64,000 bases of DNA, taken from Eledone cirrhosa (taxonomy: Eukaryota). The notes below the pieces were generated by a model that searched no databases, was not told where the DNA came from, and was given only the letters and a program-made list of their open reading frames with translations. This document shows positions 1 to 15,279 of the stretch, piece after piece. The stretch's first letter is position 1. Every line of letters starts with the position of its first letter. The position numbers were made by a program, and so were the translations under genes. The stretch spans positions 227,602,001 through 227,666,000 of the forward strand of contig OZ024742.1 of assembly GCA_964016885.1 (NCBI GenBank), given 5' to 3'.

Positions 1-3000
1 GATAACATGTCCTATCTAGGTCTCTCTAATTTGTTTATTCACAGACCAAGATAACATGTCCTATCTAGGTCTCTCCAACGTTTTTAGTCTCAGATCAATT
101 TAACATGTCCCATCTAGGTCTCTCCAACATGTTTAGTCACAGACCAAGATTACATGTCCTATCTAGGTCTCTCCAATATATTTAGTCATAACGAAGATAA
201 CATGTCCTACAAAGGTCTCTACAACATGTTTAGTCTCAGCCCAAATTTCATGTCCTATTTAGGTTTCTCCAACATGTTTAGTCACAGACCAAGATAACAT
301 GTCCAATCTAGGTCTCTCCATCATGTTTAGTCTCAGATCAAGATAACATGTCCTATATAGGTCTCTCGAACATATTTGGTCTCGGATGAAGATAACATGT
401 CCTATCTTGGTCTCTTCAATATGTTTAGTCACGGACCAAGAAAACATGTCCTATCTAGGTCTCTCTAATATGTTTATACCCAAACCAAGGTAACATATCC
501 TATCTAGGTCTCTCCAACATGTTTAGTCACAGACCGAGATAACATGTCCTACCTAGGTCTCTCCAACATGTTTAGTCACAGACCAAGATAACATGTCCAA
601 TCTAGGTCTCTCCAATATGTTTAGTCACACACCAAGATAACATGCCCTATCTAGGTGTCTCCAATATGTTTAGTCACAGACACAGATAACATGTCCTATC
701 TACGTCTCTCCCACATGTTTAGTCTCAAATCAAGATAACATGTCCTATCTAGGTCTCTCCAACATGTTTAGTCCCAGACCAAGATAATATGTCCTGTCTA
801 GGTCTCTCCAATATATTTAGTCACAGACCAAGATAACATGTCCTATGTAGTTCTTCCCAGCATGTTTATTCACAGACCAAGATAACATGACCTACCAAGG
901 TCTCTCCAACATGTTTAGTCTCAGACCAAATTACATGTCCTATTTAGGTTTCTCCAACATGTTTAGTCACAGACCAAGATGACATGTCCAATCTAGGTCT
1001 CTCCATCATGTTTAGTCTCAGATCAAGATAACATGTCCTATATAGGTCTCTCGAACATATTTAGTCTCGGATCAAGATAACATGCCCTATCTTGGTCTCT
1101 CCAATATGTTTATTCACAGACCAAGAAAACATGTCCTATCTAGGTCTCTCTAATGTTTATACCCAGACCAAGGTAACATATCTTATCTAGGTCTCTCCAA
1201 CATGTTTAGGCTCATACAAAGAAAACGTGTGCTATCTCGGTCTTTCCAACATGTTTAGTTTCAGATTAACATAACGTGTCCAATCTAGGTTTCTCCAATA
1301 TGTTTAGTCATTGACAAAGATAACATCTCCTATCAAGGTCTCTCTAATATGTTTATTCACAGACCAAGATAACATGTCCTGTCTAGGTCTCTCCAATATA
1401 TTTAGACACAAACCCAGATAACATGTCTTATCTAGGTCTCTCCAACATGTTTAGTCTCAGTCTCTGATAACATGTACTATCTAGGTTGCTCCAACATGTT
1501 TAGTTTCAGAACAAGATAACATGTCCTATCACGGTCTCTCCAACATGTTTAGTCTCAAATCAAGATAACATGTCCTATCAAGGTCTCTCCAATATATTTA
1601 GTCACAGACCAAGATAACATGTCCTATCTAGGTCCATCCAACGTTTTTAGTCCCAGATCAAGATAACATGTCCTATCTAGGTCTCTCCAACATGTTTAGT
1701 CACTGACCAAGATAACATGTCCTATTTACGTCTCTCCAACATGTTTAGTCACAAACCAAGATAACATGTCGTATCTACGTCTCTCCAACATGCTTAGTCA
1801 CAAACCAAGATAAATTGTCATATCTAGGTCTCTCCAAACTGTTTAGTCACAGACCAAGGTAACATGCCTATCTTGGTCTCTCCAATATGTTTAGTCATAT
1901 ATCAATATAACATGTCCTATCTCGGTCTCTCCAACATATTTAGTCTCAGATCAAGATAACATGTCCTATCTAGGTCTCTCTAATATGTTTACTCACAGAC
2001 CAAGATAACGGGTCTTATCTAGGTCTCTCTAATATGTTTATTCACAGATCAACATAACATGTCCCATCTAGCTCTCTCCAATATGTTTAGTCACAGACGA
2101 AGATAGCATGTTCGAACTAGGTCTCTCTAATATGTTTAGTCTCAGATCAAGATAATGTGTCCTATCTAGGTCTCTCCAACATGCTTAGTCACAGACCAAG
2201 ATAACATGTCCAATCTAGGTCTCTCCAGCATGTTTAATCACAGACCAAGATAACATGTCCCATCTACGTCTCTCCAACGTTTTTATTCTCAGACCAAGAT
2301 AACATTCCAATCTAGGTCTCTCCAACATGTTTAGTATCAGATCAAGATAACATGTCCCATCTAGTTCTCTTCAACATGTTTAGTCTCAGATCAAGATAAC
2401 ATTCTTATCTCGGTCTCTCCAACATGTTTAGTCTAAGATCAAGATAACTTGACCTATCTAGGTCTCTCCAATATGTTTAGTCTCAGATCAAGATAACATG
2501 TCCTATCTAGGTCTCTCCAATATGTTTAATCACAGACCAAGATAACATGTCCTATCTAGGTCTCTGCAATATGTTTAGTCACAGACGACGATAACATGTC
2601 CTATCTAGGTCTCCCCAGCATGTTTAGTCACAGACCAAGATAACATGTCCTATCAAGGTCTCTCCAATATATTTAGTCACAGACCAATATAACATGTACT
2701 ACGTAGGTCTCTCCAATATGTTTCGTCACAGACAAAGATAACATGTTGTATCTAGGTCTCTCCAACATGTCTTGTCTCAGCCAAGATAACATGTCCTATC
2801 TAGGTTCCTCCAACATGTTTAGTCTCAGAACAAGATAACATGTCCTATCTAGGTTTCTCCAATATGTTTAGTCACAGACCAAGGTAACATGTCCTATCTA
2901 GCTCTCTCCAATATGTTTAGTCACAAACCAAGATAACATGTCCAATCTAGGTCTCACCAATATGTTTAGTCACAGACCAAGATAACATGTCCAATCTAGG

Positions 3001-6000
3001 TTTCACCAATATGTTTAGTCACAGACCATGATAACAAGTCCTCTCTAGGTCTCACCAACTTGTTTAGTCACAGAACAAGGTAACATGTCCTATCTAGGTC
3101 TCTGCAACATGTTTAGTCACAGACCAAGATAACATGTCCAATCTAGGTCTCTCTAATATATGTAGTCACAGACAAAGATAACATTTGGTATCTAGGTCTC
3201 TGCAATATGTTTAGTCACCGACCAATATGACATGACCGATCTAAGTCTCTGCAATAGTTTTAGTCACAGACCAAGATAACCTGTCCTACCTAGGTCTCTC
3301 CAATATGTGTATTCACAGACCAAGATAACATGTCCTATCTAGGTTTCTCCAATATGTTTAGTCACAGACCAAGATAACAGGTCCTATCTAGGTCTCTCAA
3401 ATATATTTTACACAAAGCAAGATAACATGTCCTATCTAGGTTCCTCCAACATGTTTAATCTCAGATCAAGATAACATGTCCTATCTAGATCTCTCCAATA
3501 TGTTTAGTCACAGACCAAGATAAAATGTCCAATCTAGGTCTCTCCAACGTGTTTAGTCTCAGATCAAGATAACAAATCCTATGTAGGTCACTGCAATATG
3601 TTTAGTCACAGACCAAAGTAACAGGTTCTATCTAGGTCTCTCCAATCTGTTTAGTCTCAAACCAAGATAACATGTCCTATCTAGGTCTCTCCAATATATT
3701 TAGTCACAGACCAATATAACATGTACTACCTAGGTCTCTCCAATATGTTAAGTCACACACCAAGGTAAAATGTTGTATCTAGATCACTCCAACATGTTTA
3801 GTCACAGACCAAGATAACATGTCCAGTCGAGGTCTCTCCAATATATTTAGTCACAAAACAATTTAACATGTCCTATCTAAGTCTCTCCAACATGTTTAGT
3901 CACACACTTAGATAACACATGCTTTCTAGGTCTCTCCAATATGTTTAGTCACCGACCAAGATAACATTTCCTATCTAGGTCTCTCCCACATGTTTAGTCC
4001 CAGACCAAGATGACATGTCATCTGTATGTTTCTACAACATGTTTAGTCACAGACCAAAGTAACATGTCCTATCTAGGTCTCTCCAATCTCTTTACTCAAA
4101 AAACCAAGATAACATGTCCTATCAAGGTCTCTCCAATATATTTAGTCACACACCTAGATAACACTTCCTATCCAGGTCTCTCCAATATGTTTAGTCACAG
4201 ACCAAGATAACATGTCCTATCTAGGTCTCTCCAACATGTTTAGTCACAGACCAAGATAAAATGTCCTATCTAGGTCTCTCCAATCTGTTTAGTCACACAC
4301 CAAGGTAAAATGTTGTATCTAGATCTTTCCAACATGTTTAGTCACAGACCAAGATAACATGTCCAGTCGCGGTCTCTCCAATATATTTAGTCACGAAACA
4401 ATTTAACATGTCCTATCTAAGTCTCTCCAACATGTTTAATCACAGACCAAGATAACACGTCCTATCTAGGTTTCTCCAATATGTTTAGTCACAGACCAGG
4501 ATATCATGTCCTATATAAGTCTCTCCAATATGTTTTGTCACACACCAAGGTAAAATGTCGAATCTAGGTCTCTCCGATATGTTTAGTCGCAGACCTACAC
4601 GACATGTCCTAAGTAGGTCTCCCCAGCAAGTTTAGTAACAGACCTAGTTAATATGTCCTATCTAGGTCTCTACAATATGTTTAGTCACAGACCAAGATAA
4701 CATTTCCAATCTAGGTCTCTCCAATATGTTTAGTCTTAGATCAAGATAACATGTCCTATCTAGGTCTCTGCAATATGTTTAGTCACAGACCAAGATAACA
4801 TTTCCTATCTAGGTCTCAGCAATATATTTAGTTACAGACCAAGATAACATGTCCTATCTAGGTCTCTCCAACATATTTCGGCACAGACCAAGATAACGTG
4901 TCCAATCTAGGTCTCTCCAATATGTTTAGTCACAGACCAAGATAACAGGTCATATCTAGGTCTCTCCAATATATTTTACACAAGGCACGATAAAATGTCC
5001 TATCTAGGTTCCTCCAACATGTTTAGTCTCAGATCAAGATAACATGTCCTATCTAGGTCTCTCCAATATGTTTAGTCACAGACTAAGATAACATGGCCTA
5101 TCTTGGTCTCTCCAATATGTTTAGTCACAGACCAAGATAACATGTCCAGTCGAGGTCTCTCCAATATGTTTAGTAATAAACCAAGATAACATATCCTATC
5201 TAGCTCTCTCCAACATGCTTAGTCACAGACCAAGATAACGTGTCCTATCTAGGTCTCTCCAATATATTTAGTCACAAACCAAGATAACATATCCAATCTA
5301 GGTCTCTCCAATATGTTTAGTCACAGACAAAGATAACAAGTCATCTCTAGGTCTCTACAATATGTTTAGTCACAGACCAAGATAACATGTCCTATCTAGG
5401 TCTCTCCAATATGTTTAGTCACAAACCAAGATAACATGACCTATCTAGGTCAATTCAACATGTTTAGTCACAGACCAAGGTAATATGTCCTATCTAGGTC
5501 TATCCAACATGTTTAGTCACAGACCAAGATAACCTGTGTATCTAGGTCTCTCCGATATGTTTAGTCACAGACCAAGATAACATGTCCTATCTTGGTCTCT
5601 CCAACATATTTAGGCACAGACCAAGATAACATGTCCAATCTAGGTCTCTCCAATATGTTTAGTCACAGACGAAGATAACAGGTCCTATCTAGATCTCTCC
5701 AATATATTTTACACAAAGCAAGATAAAATGTCCTATCTAGGTTCCTCCAACACGTTTAGTCTCAGATCAAGATAACATGTCCTATCTAGGTCTCTCCAAC
5801 ATGTTTAGTCTCAGATCAAGATAACATGTCCTATCTATGTCTCTCCAATATGTTTAGTCACAGACTAAGATAATATGTCCTATCTAGGTCTCTCCAATAT
5901 GTTTAGTCACAGACCAAGATAACAGGTCCTATCTAGATCTCTCCAATATATTTTACACAAAGCAAGATAAAATGTCCTATCTAGGTTCCTCCAACACGTT

Positions 6001-8329
6001 TAGTCTCAGATCAAGATAACATGTCCTATCTAGGTCTCTCCAATATATTTAGTCACAAAACAATTTAACATGTCCTATCTAATTCTCTCCAGCATGTTTA
6101 GTCACACACCTAGATAACATTTCCTATCCAGGTCTCTGCAATATGTTTAGTCGCAGACCAAGATCAGATGTCCTATTTAGGTCTCTCCAACATGTTTATT
6201 CAGAGACCAAGATAACATGTCCAAACTAGGTCTCTCCCACATGTTTAGTCTCAGACCAAGATGAAATGTCATATGTAGGTTTCTACAACATGTTTAGTCA
6301 CAGACCAAAGTAACATGTGCTATCTAGGTCTCTCCAATCTGTTTAGTCACAAACCAAGATAACATGTCCTATCTAGGTCTCTCTAATATATTTTACACAA
6401 AGCAAGATAACATGAGCTATTTAGTCTCAGACCAAGATAACATGTCCTATCTAGGTCTCTCCAATATATTTAGTCACAGACCAATATAACATGTACTATC
6501 TAGATCTCTCCGATATGTTTAGTAACAGACCAAGATAACATGTCGTATCTAGGTCTCTCCAACATGTTTAGTCACCGACCAAGATAACTTTTCCTATCTA
6601 GGTCTCTGCAATAAGTTTAGTCACAGACCAAGATAAGATTCCTATCTAGGTTCTCCAACATGTTTAGTCAGAGACCAAGTTAACATGTCACAACTAGGTC
6701 TCTCCCACATGTTTAGTCTCAGAACGAGATGACATATCATATGTAGGTTTCTGCATCATGTTTAGTCGCAGACCAAGATAACATCTCCTATCTAGGTCTC
6801 TCCAATCTGTTTAGTCACAAACCAAGATAACATGTCCTATCTAGGTTCTTCCAACATGTTTAGTCTCAGATCAAGATAACATGTCCTATCTAGGTCTCTC
6901 CAATATGTTTAGTCACAGACCAAGATAACATGTCCTATAAAAGTCTCTACAATATGTTTACTCACAAACCAAGATAACATGTCCTATCTAGGTCTCTCCA
7001 ATATGTTTAGTCACAGACCAAGATAACATTTCCTATCTAGGTCTCGCCAATATATTTAGTCACAAAACAATTTAATATGTCCTTTCTAGGTCTCTCCAAT
7101 ATATTTAGTCACGGACCAATATAACATGTACTACCTAGGTCTCTCCAATATGTTTATTCACAAGCCAAGATAACATGTCGTATCTAGGTCTCTCTAATAT
7201 GTTTAGTCACAGACTAAGATAACATTTCCAATCTAGGTCTCTCCAATATGTTTAGTCACAGACTAAGATAACATGTCCTATCTAGGTCTCTCCAACATGT
7301 TTAGTCTTAGATCAAGATAACATGTCCTATCTAGGTCTCTGCAATAGGTTTAGTCACAGACCAAGATAACATTTCCTATATAGGTCTCTGCAATATATTT
7401 AGTTACAGACCAAGATAACATGTCCTATCTAGGTCTCTCCAATATGTTTAGTCACTGACCAATATAACATGTCCAAACTAGGTCTCTCCCACATGTTTAG
7501 TCTCAGACCGAGATGACATGTCATATGTAGGTTTCTACAACATGTTTAGTCACAGAACAAAGTAACATGTCCTATCTAGGTCTCTCCAATCTGTTTAGTC
7601 ACAAACCAAGATAGCATGTCCTATCTAGGTCTCTCCAACGTATTTAGTCACACACCTAGATAACACGTCCTATCTAGGTCTCTCCAATATGTTTAGTCAC
7701 TGACCAAGATAACATGTCCTATCTAGTTCTCTGCAATATGTTTAGTCACACACCAAGGTAAAATCTCGTATGTAGATCTCTCCAACATGTTTAGTCACAG
7801 ACCAAGATATCAAGTCCAGTCGAGGTCTCTCCAATATATTTAGTCACAAAACAATTTAACATGTCCTATCTAAGTCTCTCCAACATATTTTGTCACACAC
7901 CCAGATAACACGTCCTATCTAGGTCTCTCCCACATGTTTAGTCCCAGACCAAGATGACATGTCATCTGTAGGTTTCTACAACATGTTTAGTCACAGACCA
8001 AAGTAACATGTCCTATCTAGGTCTCTCCAATCTGTTTAGTAACAAACCAAGATAACATGTCCTATCAAGTTCTCTCCAACGTATTTAGTCACACACCTAG
8101 ATAACACGTCCTATCTAGGTCTCTCCAATATGTTTAGTCACAGACCAAGATAACATGTCTAATCTAGGTCTCTCCAATATGTTTAGTCACATACCAAGAT
8201 AACAGGTCCTATCTAGGTCTCTCCAATATATTTTACACAAAGCAAGATAACATCTCTTATCTAGGTTGCTTCAACATGTTTTGTCTCAGATCAAAATAAC
8301 ATGTCCTATCTAGGTCTCTCCAACATGTT

Positions 8330-11300
8330 TAGTCACAGACCAAGATAACATGTCCAGTTGAGGTCTCTCCAATATATTTAGTCACAAAACAATTTAACAT
8401 GTCCTATCTAAGTCTCTCCAACATATTTTGTCACACACCCAGATAACACGTCCTATCTAGGTCTCTCCAATATGTTTAGTCACAGACCAAGATAACATGT
8501 CCTATCCAGGTCTCTCCATTATGTTTAGTCACCGACCAAGATAACATTTCCTATCTAGGTGTCTCCCACATGTTTAGTTCCAGACCAAGATGACATGTCA
8601 TCTGTAGGTTTCTACAACATGTTTAGTCACAGACCAAAGTAACATGTCCTATCTAGGTCTCTCCAATCTGTTTAGTAACAAACCAAGATAACATGTCCTA
8701 TCAAGTTCTCTCCAACGTATTTAGTCACACACCTAGATAACACGTCTTATCTAGGTCTCTCCAATATGTTTAGTCACAGACCAAGATAACATGTCTAATC
8801 TAGGTCTCTCCAATATGTTTAGTCACAGACCAAGATAACAGGTCCTATCTAGGTCTCTCCAATATATTTTACACAAAGCAAGATAACATCTCTTATCTAG
8901 GTTGCTTCAACATGTTTTGTCTCAGATCAAAATAACATGTCCTATCTAGGTCTCTCCAACATGTTTAGTCACAGACCAAGATAACATGTCCAGTTGAGGT
9001 CTCTCCAATATATTTAGTCACAAACCAAGATAACATGTCCTATCTAGGTTTCTCCAATAAGTTTAGTCACAGACCAAGATAACATGTCCTATATAAGTCA
9101 CGCCAATATGTTTAGTCACAAACCAAGATAACATGTCCTATCTAGGTCTCTCCAATGTATTTAGTCACAAAACAAGAAAACATGTCCTATCTAGTTCCCT
9201 CCAATATGTTTAGTCACACACCAAGGTAAGATGTCGTATCTAGATCTCTCCAACATGTTTAGTCACAGACCAAGATAACATGTCCAGTCGAGGTCTCTCC
9301 AATATATTTAGTCACAAAACAATTTAACATGTCCTATCTAAGTCACTCCAATATGTTTAGTCGCAAACCAAGATAACAGGTCCTATCTAGGTTTCTCCAA
9401 TATGTTTAGTCACAGACCAAGATAACATGTCCTATATAAATCTCTCTAATATGTTTAGTCACAGACCAAGGTAAGATGTCGTATCTAGATATCTCCAACA
9501 TGTTTAGTCACAGACCAAGATAACATGTCCAGTCGAGGTCTCTCCAATATATTTAGTCACAAAACAATTTAACATGTCCTATCTAAGTCACTCCAATATG
9601 TTTAGTCGCAAACCAAGATAACACGTCCTATCTAGGTTTCTCCAATATGTTTAGTCACAGACCAAGATAACATGTCCTATATAAATCTCTCCAATATGTT
9701 TAGTCACAGACCAAGATAACATGTCCTATCAAGGTCTCTCCAATGTATGTAGTCACACACCTACATAACACGTCCTATCTAGGTCTCTCCAACATGTTTA
9801 GTCTCAGACCAAATAACTTGTCCAATCTAGGTCTCTCCAACATGTTTAGACACAGACCAAGATAACATGTCTAATCTAGGTCTTTCCAATATGTTTAGTC
9901 ACAGACCAAGATAACAGGTCCTATCTAGGTCTCTCCAATATATTTTACACAAAGCAAGATAACATGTCTTATCTAGGTTGGTTCAACATGTTTAGTCTCA
10001 GATCAAAATAACATGTCCTATCTAGGTCTCTCCAACATGTTTAGTCACAGACCAAGATAAAATGTCCAGTCGAGGTTTCTCCAATATGTTTAGTCACAAC
10101 CAAAGATAACATGTCCTATCTAGGTTTCTCCAATAAGTTTAGTCACTGACCAAGATAACATGTCCTATATAAGTCACTCCAATATGTTTAGTCACAAACC
10201 AAGATAACATGTCCTATCTAGGTCTCTACAATGTATTTAGTCACAAAACAAGATAACATGTCCTATCTAGTTCTCTCCAATATGTTTAGTCACACACCAA
10301 GGTAAGATGTCGTATCTAGATCTCTCCAACATGTTTAGTCACAGACCAAGATAACATGTCCAGTGGAGGTCTCTCCAATATATTTAGTCACAAAACAATT
10401 TAACATGTCCTATCTAAGTCTCTCCAACATATTTTGTCACACACCCAGATAACACGTCCTATCTAGGTCTCTCCAATATGTTTAGTCACAGACCAAGATA
10501 ACATGTCCTATCCAGGTCTCTCCATTATGTTTAGTCACCGACCAAGATAACATTTCCTATCTAGGTCTCTCCCACATGTTTAGTCCCAGACCAAGATGAC
10601 ATGTCATCTGTAGGTTTCTACAACATGTTTAGTCACAGACCAAAGTAACATGTCCTATCTAGGTCTCTCCAATCTGTTTAGTAACAAACCAAGATAACAT
10701 GTCCTATCAAGTTCTCTCCAACGTATTTAGTCACACACCTAGATAACACGTCTTATCTAGGTCTCTCCAATATGTTTAGTCACAGACCAAGATAACATGT
10801 CTAATCTAGGTCTCTCCAATATGTTTAGTCACAGACCAAGATAACAGGTCCTATCTAGGTCTCTCCAATATATTTTACACAAAGCAAGATAACATCTCTT
10901 ATCTAGGTTGCTTCAACATGTTTTGTCTCAGATCAAAATAACATGTCCTATCTAGGTCTCTCCAACATGTTTAGTCACAGACCAAGATAACATGTCCAGT
11001 TGAGGTCTCTCCAATATATTTAGTCACAAACCAAGATAACATGTCCTATGTAGGTTTCTCCAATAAGTTTAGTCACAGACCAAGATAACATGTCCTATAT
11101 AAGTCACGCCAATATGTTTAGTCACAAACCAAGATAACATGTCCTATCTAGGTCTCTCCAATGTATTTAGTCACAAAACAAGAAAACATGTCCTATCTAG
11201 TTCCCTCCAATATGTTTAGTCACACACCAAGGTAAGATGTCGTATCTAGATCTCTCCAACATGTTTAGTCACAGACCAAGATAACATGTCCAGTCGAGGT

Positions 11301-12230
11301 CTCTCCAATATATTTAGTCACAAAACAATTTAACATGTCCTATCTAAGTCACTCCAATATGTTTAGTCGCAAACCAAGATAACAGGTCCTATCTAGGTTT
11401 CTCCAATATGTTTAGTCACAGACCAAGATAACATGTCCTATATAAATCTCTCTAATATGTTTAGTCACAGACCAAGGTAAGATGTCGTATCTAGATATCT
11501 CCAACATGTTTAGTCACAGACCAAGATAACATGTCCAGTCGAGGTCTCTCCAATATATTTAGTCACAAAACAATTTAACATGTCCTATCTAAGTCACTCC
11601 AATATGTTTAGTCGCAAACCAAGATAACACGTCCTATCTAGGTTTCTCCAATATGTTTAGTCACAGACCAAGATAACATGTCCTATATAAATCTCTCCAA
11701 TATGTTTAGTCACAGACCAAGATAACATGTCCTATCAAGGTCTCTCCAATGTATTTAGTCACACACCTAGATAACACGTCCTATCTAGGTCTCTCCAACA
11801 TGTTTAGTCTCAGACCAAATAACTTGTCCAATCTAGGTCTCTCCAACATGTTTAGACACAGACCAAGATAACATGTCTAATCTAGGTCTTTCCAATATGT
11901 TTAGTCACAGACCAAGATAACAGGTCCTATCTAGGTCTCTCCAATATATTTTACACAAAGCAAGATAACATGTCTTATCTAGGTTGGTTCAACATGTTTA
12001 GTCTCAGATCAAAATAACATGTCCTATCTAGGTCTCTCCAACATGTTTAGTCACAGACCAAGATAAAATGTCCAGTCGAGGTTTCTCCAATATGTTTAGT
12101 CACAACCAAAGATAACATGTCCTATCTAGGTTTCTCCAATAAGTTTAGTCACTGACCAAGATAACATGTCCTATATAAGTCACTCCTATATGTTTAGTCA
12201 CAAACCAAGATAACATGTCCTATCTAGGTC
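8330..12230. repeat. 2,006-bp (~41-monomer) higher-order tandem duplication in the satellite
   Basis: Diagnostic variants recur at a constant offset of 2006: ATTTTGTCAC at 8425/10431 and AAATAACTTG at 9811/11817. Boundaries are approximate. Confidence 0.85.
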
Positions 12231-15200
12231 TCTCCAATATATTTAGTCACAAAACAAGATAACATGTCCTATCTAGGTCTCTCCAATATGTTTAGTCACA
12301 CACCAAGGTAAAATGTTGTATCTAGATCTCTCCAACATGTTTAGTGTTAGATGAAGATAACATGTCCTATCCAGGTCTCTGCAATATGTTTAGTCACAGA
12401 CCAAGATAAAATTTCCTGTCTAGGTCTCAGCAATATATTTAGTTACAGACCAGGATAACATGTCCTATCTAGGTCTCTCAAATATGTTTCGTCACAGACC
12501 AAGATAACAGGTCGTATCTAGGTCTCTCCAATATATTTTACACAAAACAAGATAAAATGTCCTATCTAGGTTCCACCAACATGTTTAGTCTCAGATCAAG
12601 ATAACATGTCCTATATATGTCTCTCCAACATGTTTAGTCTCAGATCAAGATAACATGTCCTATCTATGTCTCTCCAATATGTTCAGTCACAGACCAAGAT
12701 AACATGTCCTATCTAGGTCTCTCCAATATGTTTAGTCACAAACCAAGATAATATGTCGTATCTAGATCTCTCCAACATGTTTAGTCACAGACCAAGATAA
12801 CATGTCCTATCTAGGTCTCTCCAATATATTTAGTCACAAAACAATTTAACATGTCCTATCTAATTCTCTCCAACATGTTTAGTCACATACCTAGATAAAA
12901 TTTCCTATCCAGGTCTCTGCAATATGTTTAGTCGCAGAACAAGATCAGATGTCCTATCTAGGTCTCTCCAACATGTTTATTCAGAGACCAAGATAACATG
13001 TCCAAACTAGGTCTCTCCCACATGTTTAGTCTCAGACCAAGATGACATGTCATATGTAGGTTTCTACAACATGTTTAGTCACAGACCAAAGTAACATGTG
13101 CTATCTAGGTCTCTCCAATCTGTTTAGTCACAAACCAAGATAACATGTCCTATCTAGATCTCTCTAATATATTTTACACAGAGCAAGATAACATGCCCTA
13201 TTCAGTCACAGACCATTATAACATGTACTACATAGGTCTCTCCAATATGTTTAGTCACAGACCAAGATAACATGTACTATCTAGATCTCTCCGATATGTT
13301 TAGTAACAGACCAAGATAACATGTCCTATCTAGGTCTCTCCAATATATTTGGTCACAGACCAAGATAACATGTCTAAGCTAGGTCTCTGCAATATGTTTA
13401 GTCACAGACCAAGATAACATGTCCTATGTAGCTATCTCCAAAATGTTTAGTCACAGACCAATATAACATGTCCTATCTAGGTCTCTCCAATATATTTAGT
13501 CACAGACAAAGTTAACATGTACTACCTAGATCTCTCCAATATGTTTAATCACAGACCAAGATAACATGTCTAAGCTAGGTCTCTGCAATATATTTAGTCA
13601 CACACCAAGATAACATGTCCTATGTAGCTATCTCCAAAATGTTTAGTCAGAGACCAAGATAACATGTCGTATATAGGTCTCTCCAATATATTTAGTCACA
13701 GACCAAGATAACATGTACTACCTAGGTCTCTCCAATATGTTTAGTCACAGACCAAAATAACATGTCCGGTCTAGGTCTCTCTAACATGTTTAGTTGCAGG
13801 ACAAGATAACATGTCCAATCTAGGTCTCTGCAATATGTTTAGTCACAGACCAAGATGACATGTCCTATCTAGGTCACTCCAACATGTTTAGTCAGAGACC
13901 AAGATAAAATGTTGTATCTTGGTCTCTTCAATATGGTTAGTCACAGACCAAGTTTACATGTCCTATGTAGGTCTCTCCAATATATTTAGTCACAGACCAA
14001 GATAACATGTCCTATCTAGGTCTCTCCAATATATTTAGTCACGGACCAATATAACATGTACTACCTAGGTCTCTCCAATATGTTTATTCACAAACCAAGA
14101 TAACATGTCTTATCTAGCTCTCCAATATAATTAGTCATAAACCAAGATAACATGTCCTATCTAGGTCTCTCCAACATGTTTAGTCACAAACCAAGATAAC
14201 ATGTCGTATCTAGGTCTCTCTAATATATTTAGTCACAGACCAAGATAACGTGTCCTATCTAGGTCTCTCCAATATATTTAGTCACAGACGAAGATAACAT
14301 TTCAATCTAGGTTTCTCCAATATGTTTAGTCACAGACCAAGATAACATGTCCTGTATAAGTCACTCCAATATGTTTAGTCAAAAACCAAGATAACATGTC
14401 CTATCTAGGTCTCTCAAATATATTTAGTCACAAAACAAGATAACATGTCCTAACTAGTTCTCTCCTATATGTTTAGTCACACACCAAGGTGAAATGTCGT
14501 ATCTAGATCTCTCCAACATGTTTAGTCACAAACCAAGATAACATGTCCAGTCGAGGTCTCTACAATATATTTAGTCACAAAACAATTTAACATGTCCTAT
14601 CTAATTCTCTCCAGCATGTTTAGTCACACACCTAGATAACATTTCCTATCCAGGTCGCGGACGAAGATGACCTGTCCTAAGTAGGTCTCCCCAGCATGTT
14701 TAGTCACAGACCAATTTAATATGTCCTATCTAGGTCTCTCCAATATATTTAGTCACAGACCAATATAACATGTACTACGTAGGTCTCTCCAATATGTTTA
14801 GTCTTAGATCAAGATAACATGTCCTATCTAGGTCTCAGCAATATATTTAGTTACAGACCAAGATAACATGTCCTATCTAGGTCTCTCCAATATGTTTTGT
14901 CACAGACCAAGATAACATGTCCTATCTTGGTCTCTCCAACATATTTAGGCACAGACCAAGATAACATGTCCAATCTAGGTCTCTCCAATATGTTTAGTCA
15001 CAGACCAAGATAACAGGTCCTATCTAGATCTCTCCAATATATTTTACACAAAGCAAGATAAAATGTCCTATCTAGGTTCCTCCAACACGTTTAGTCTCAG
15101 ATCAAGATAACATGTCCTATCTAGGTCTCTCCAACATGTTTAGTCTCAGATCAAGATAACATGTCCTATCTATGTCTCTCCAATATGTTTAGTCACAGAC

Positions 15201-15279
15201 TAAGATAATATGTCCTATCTAGGTCTCTCCAATATGTTTTGTCACAAACCAAGATAACATGTCGTATCTAGATCTCTCC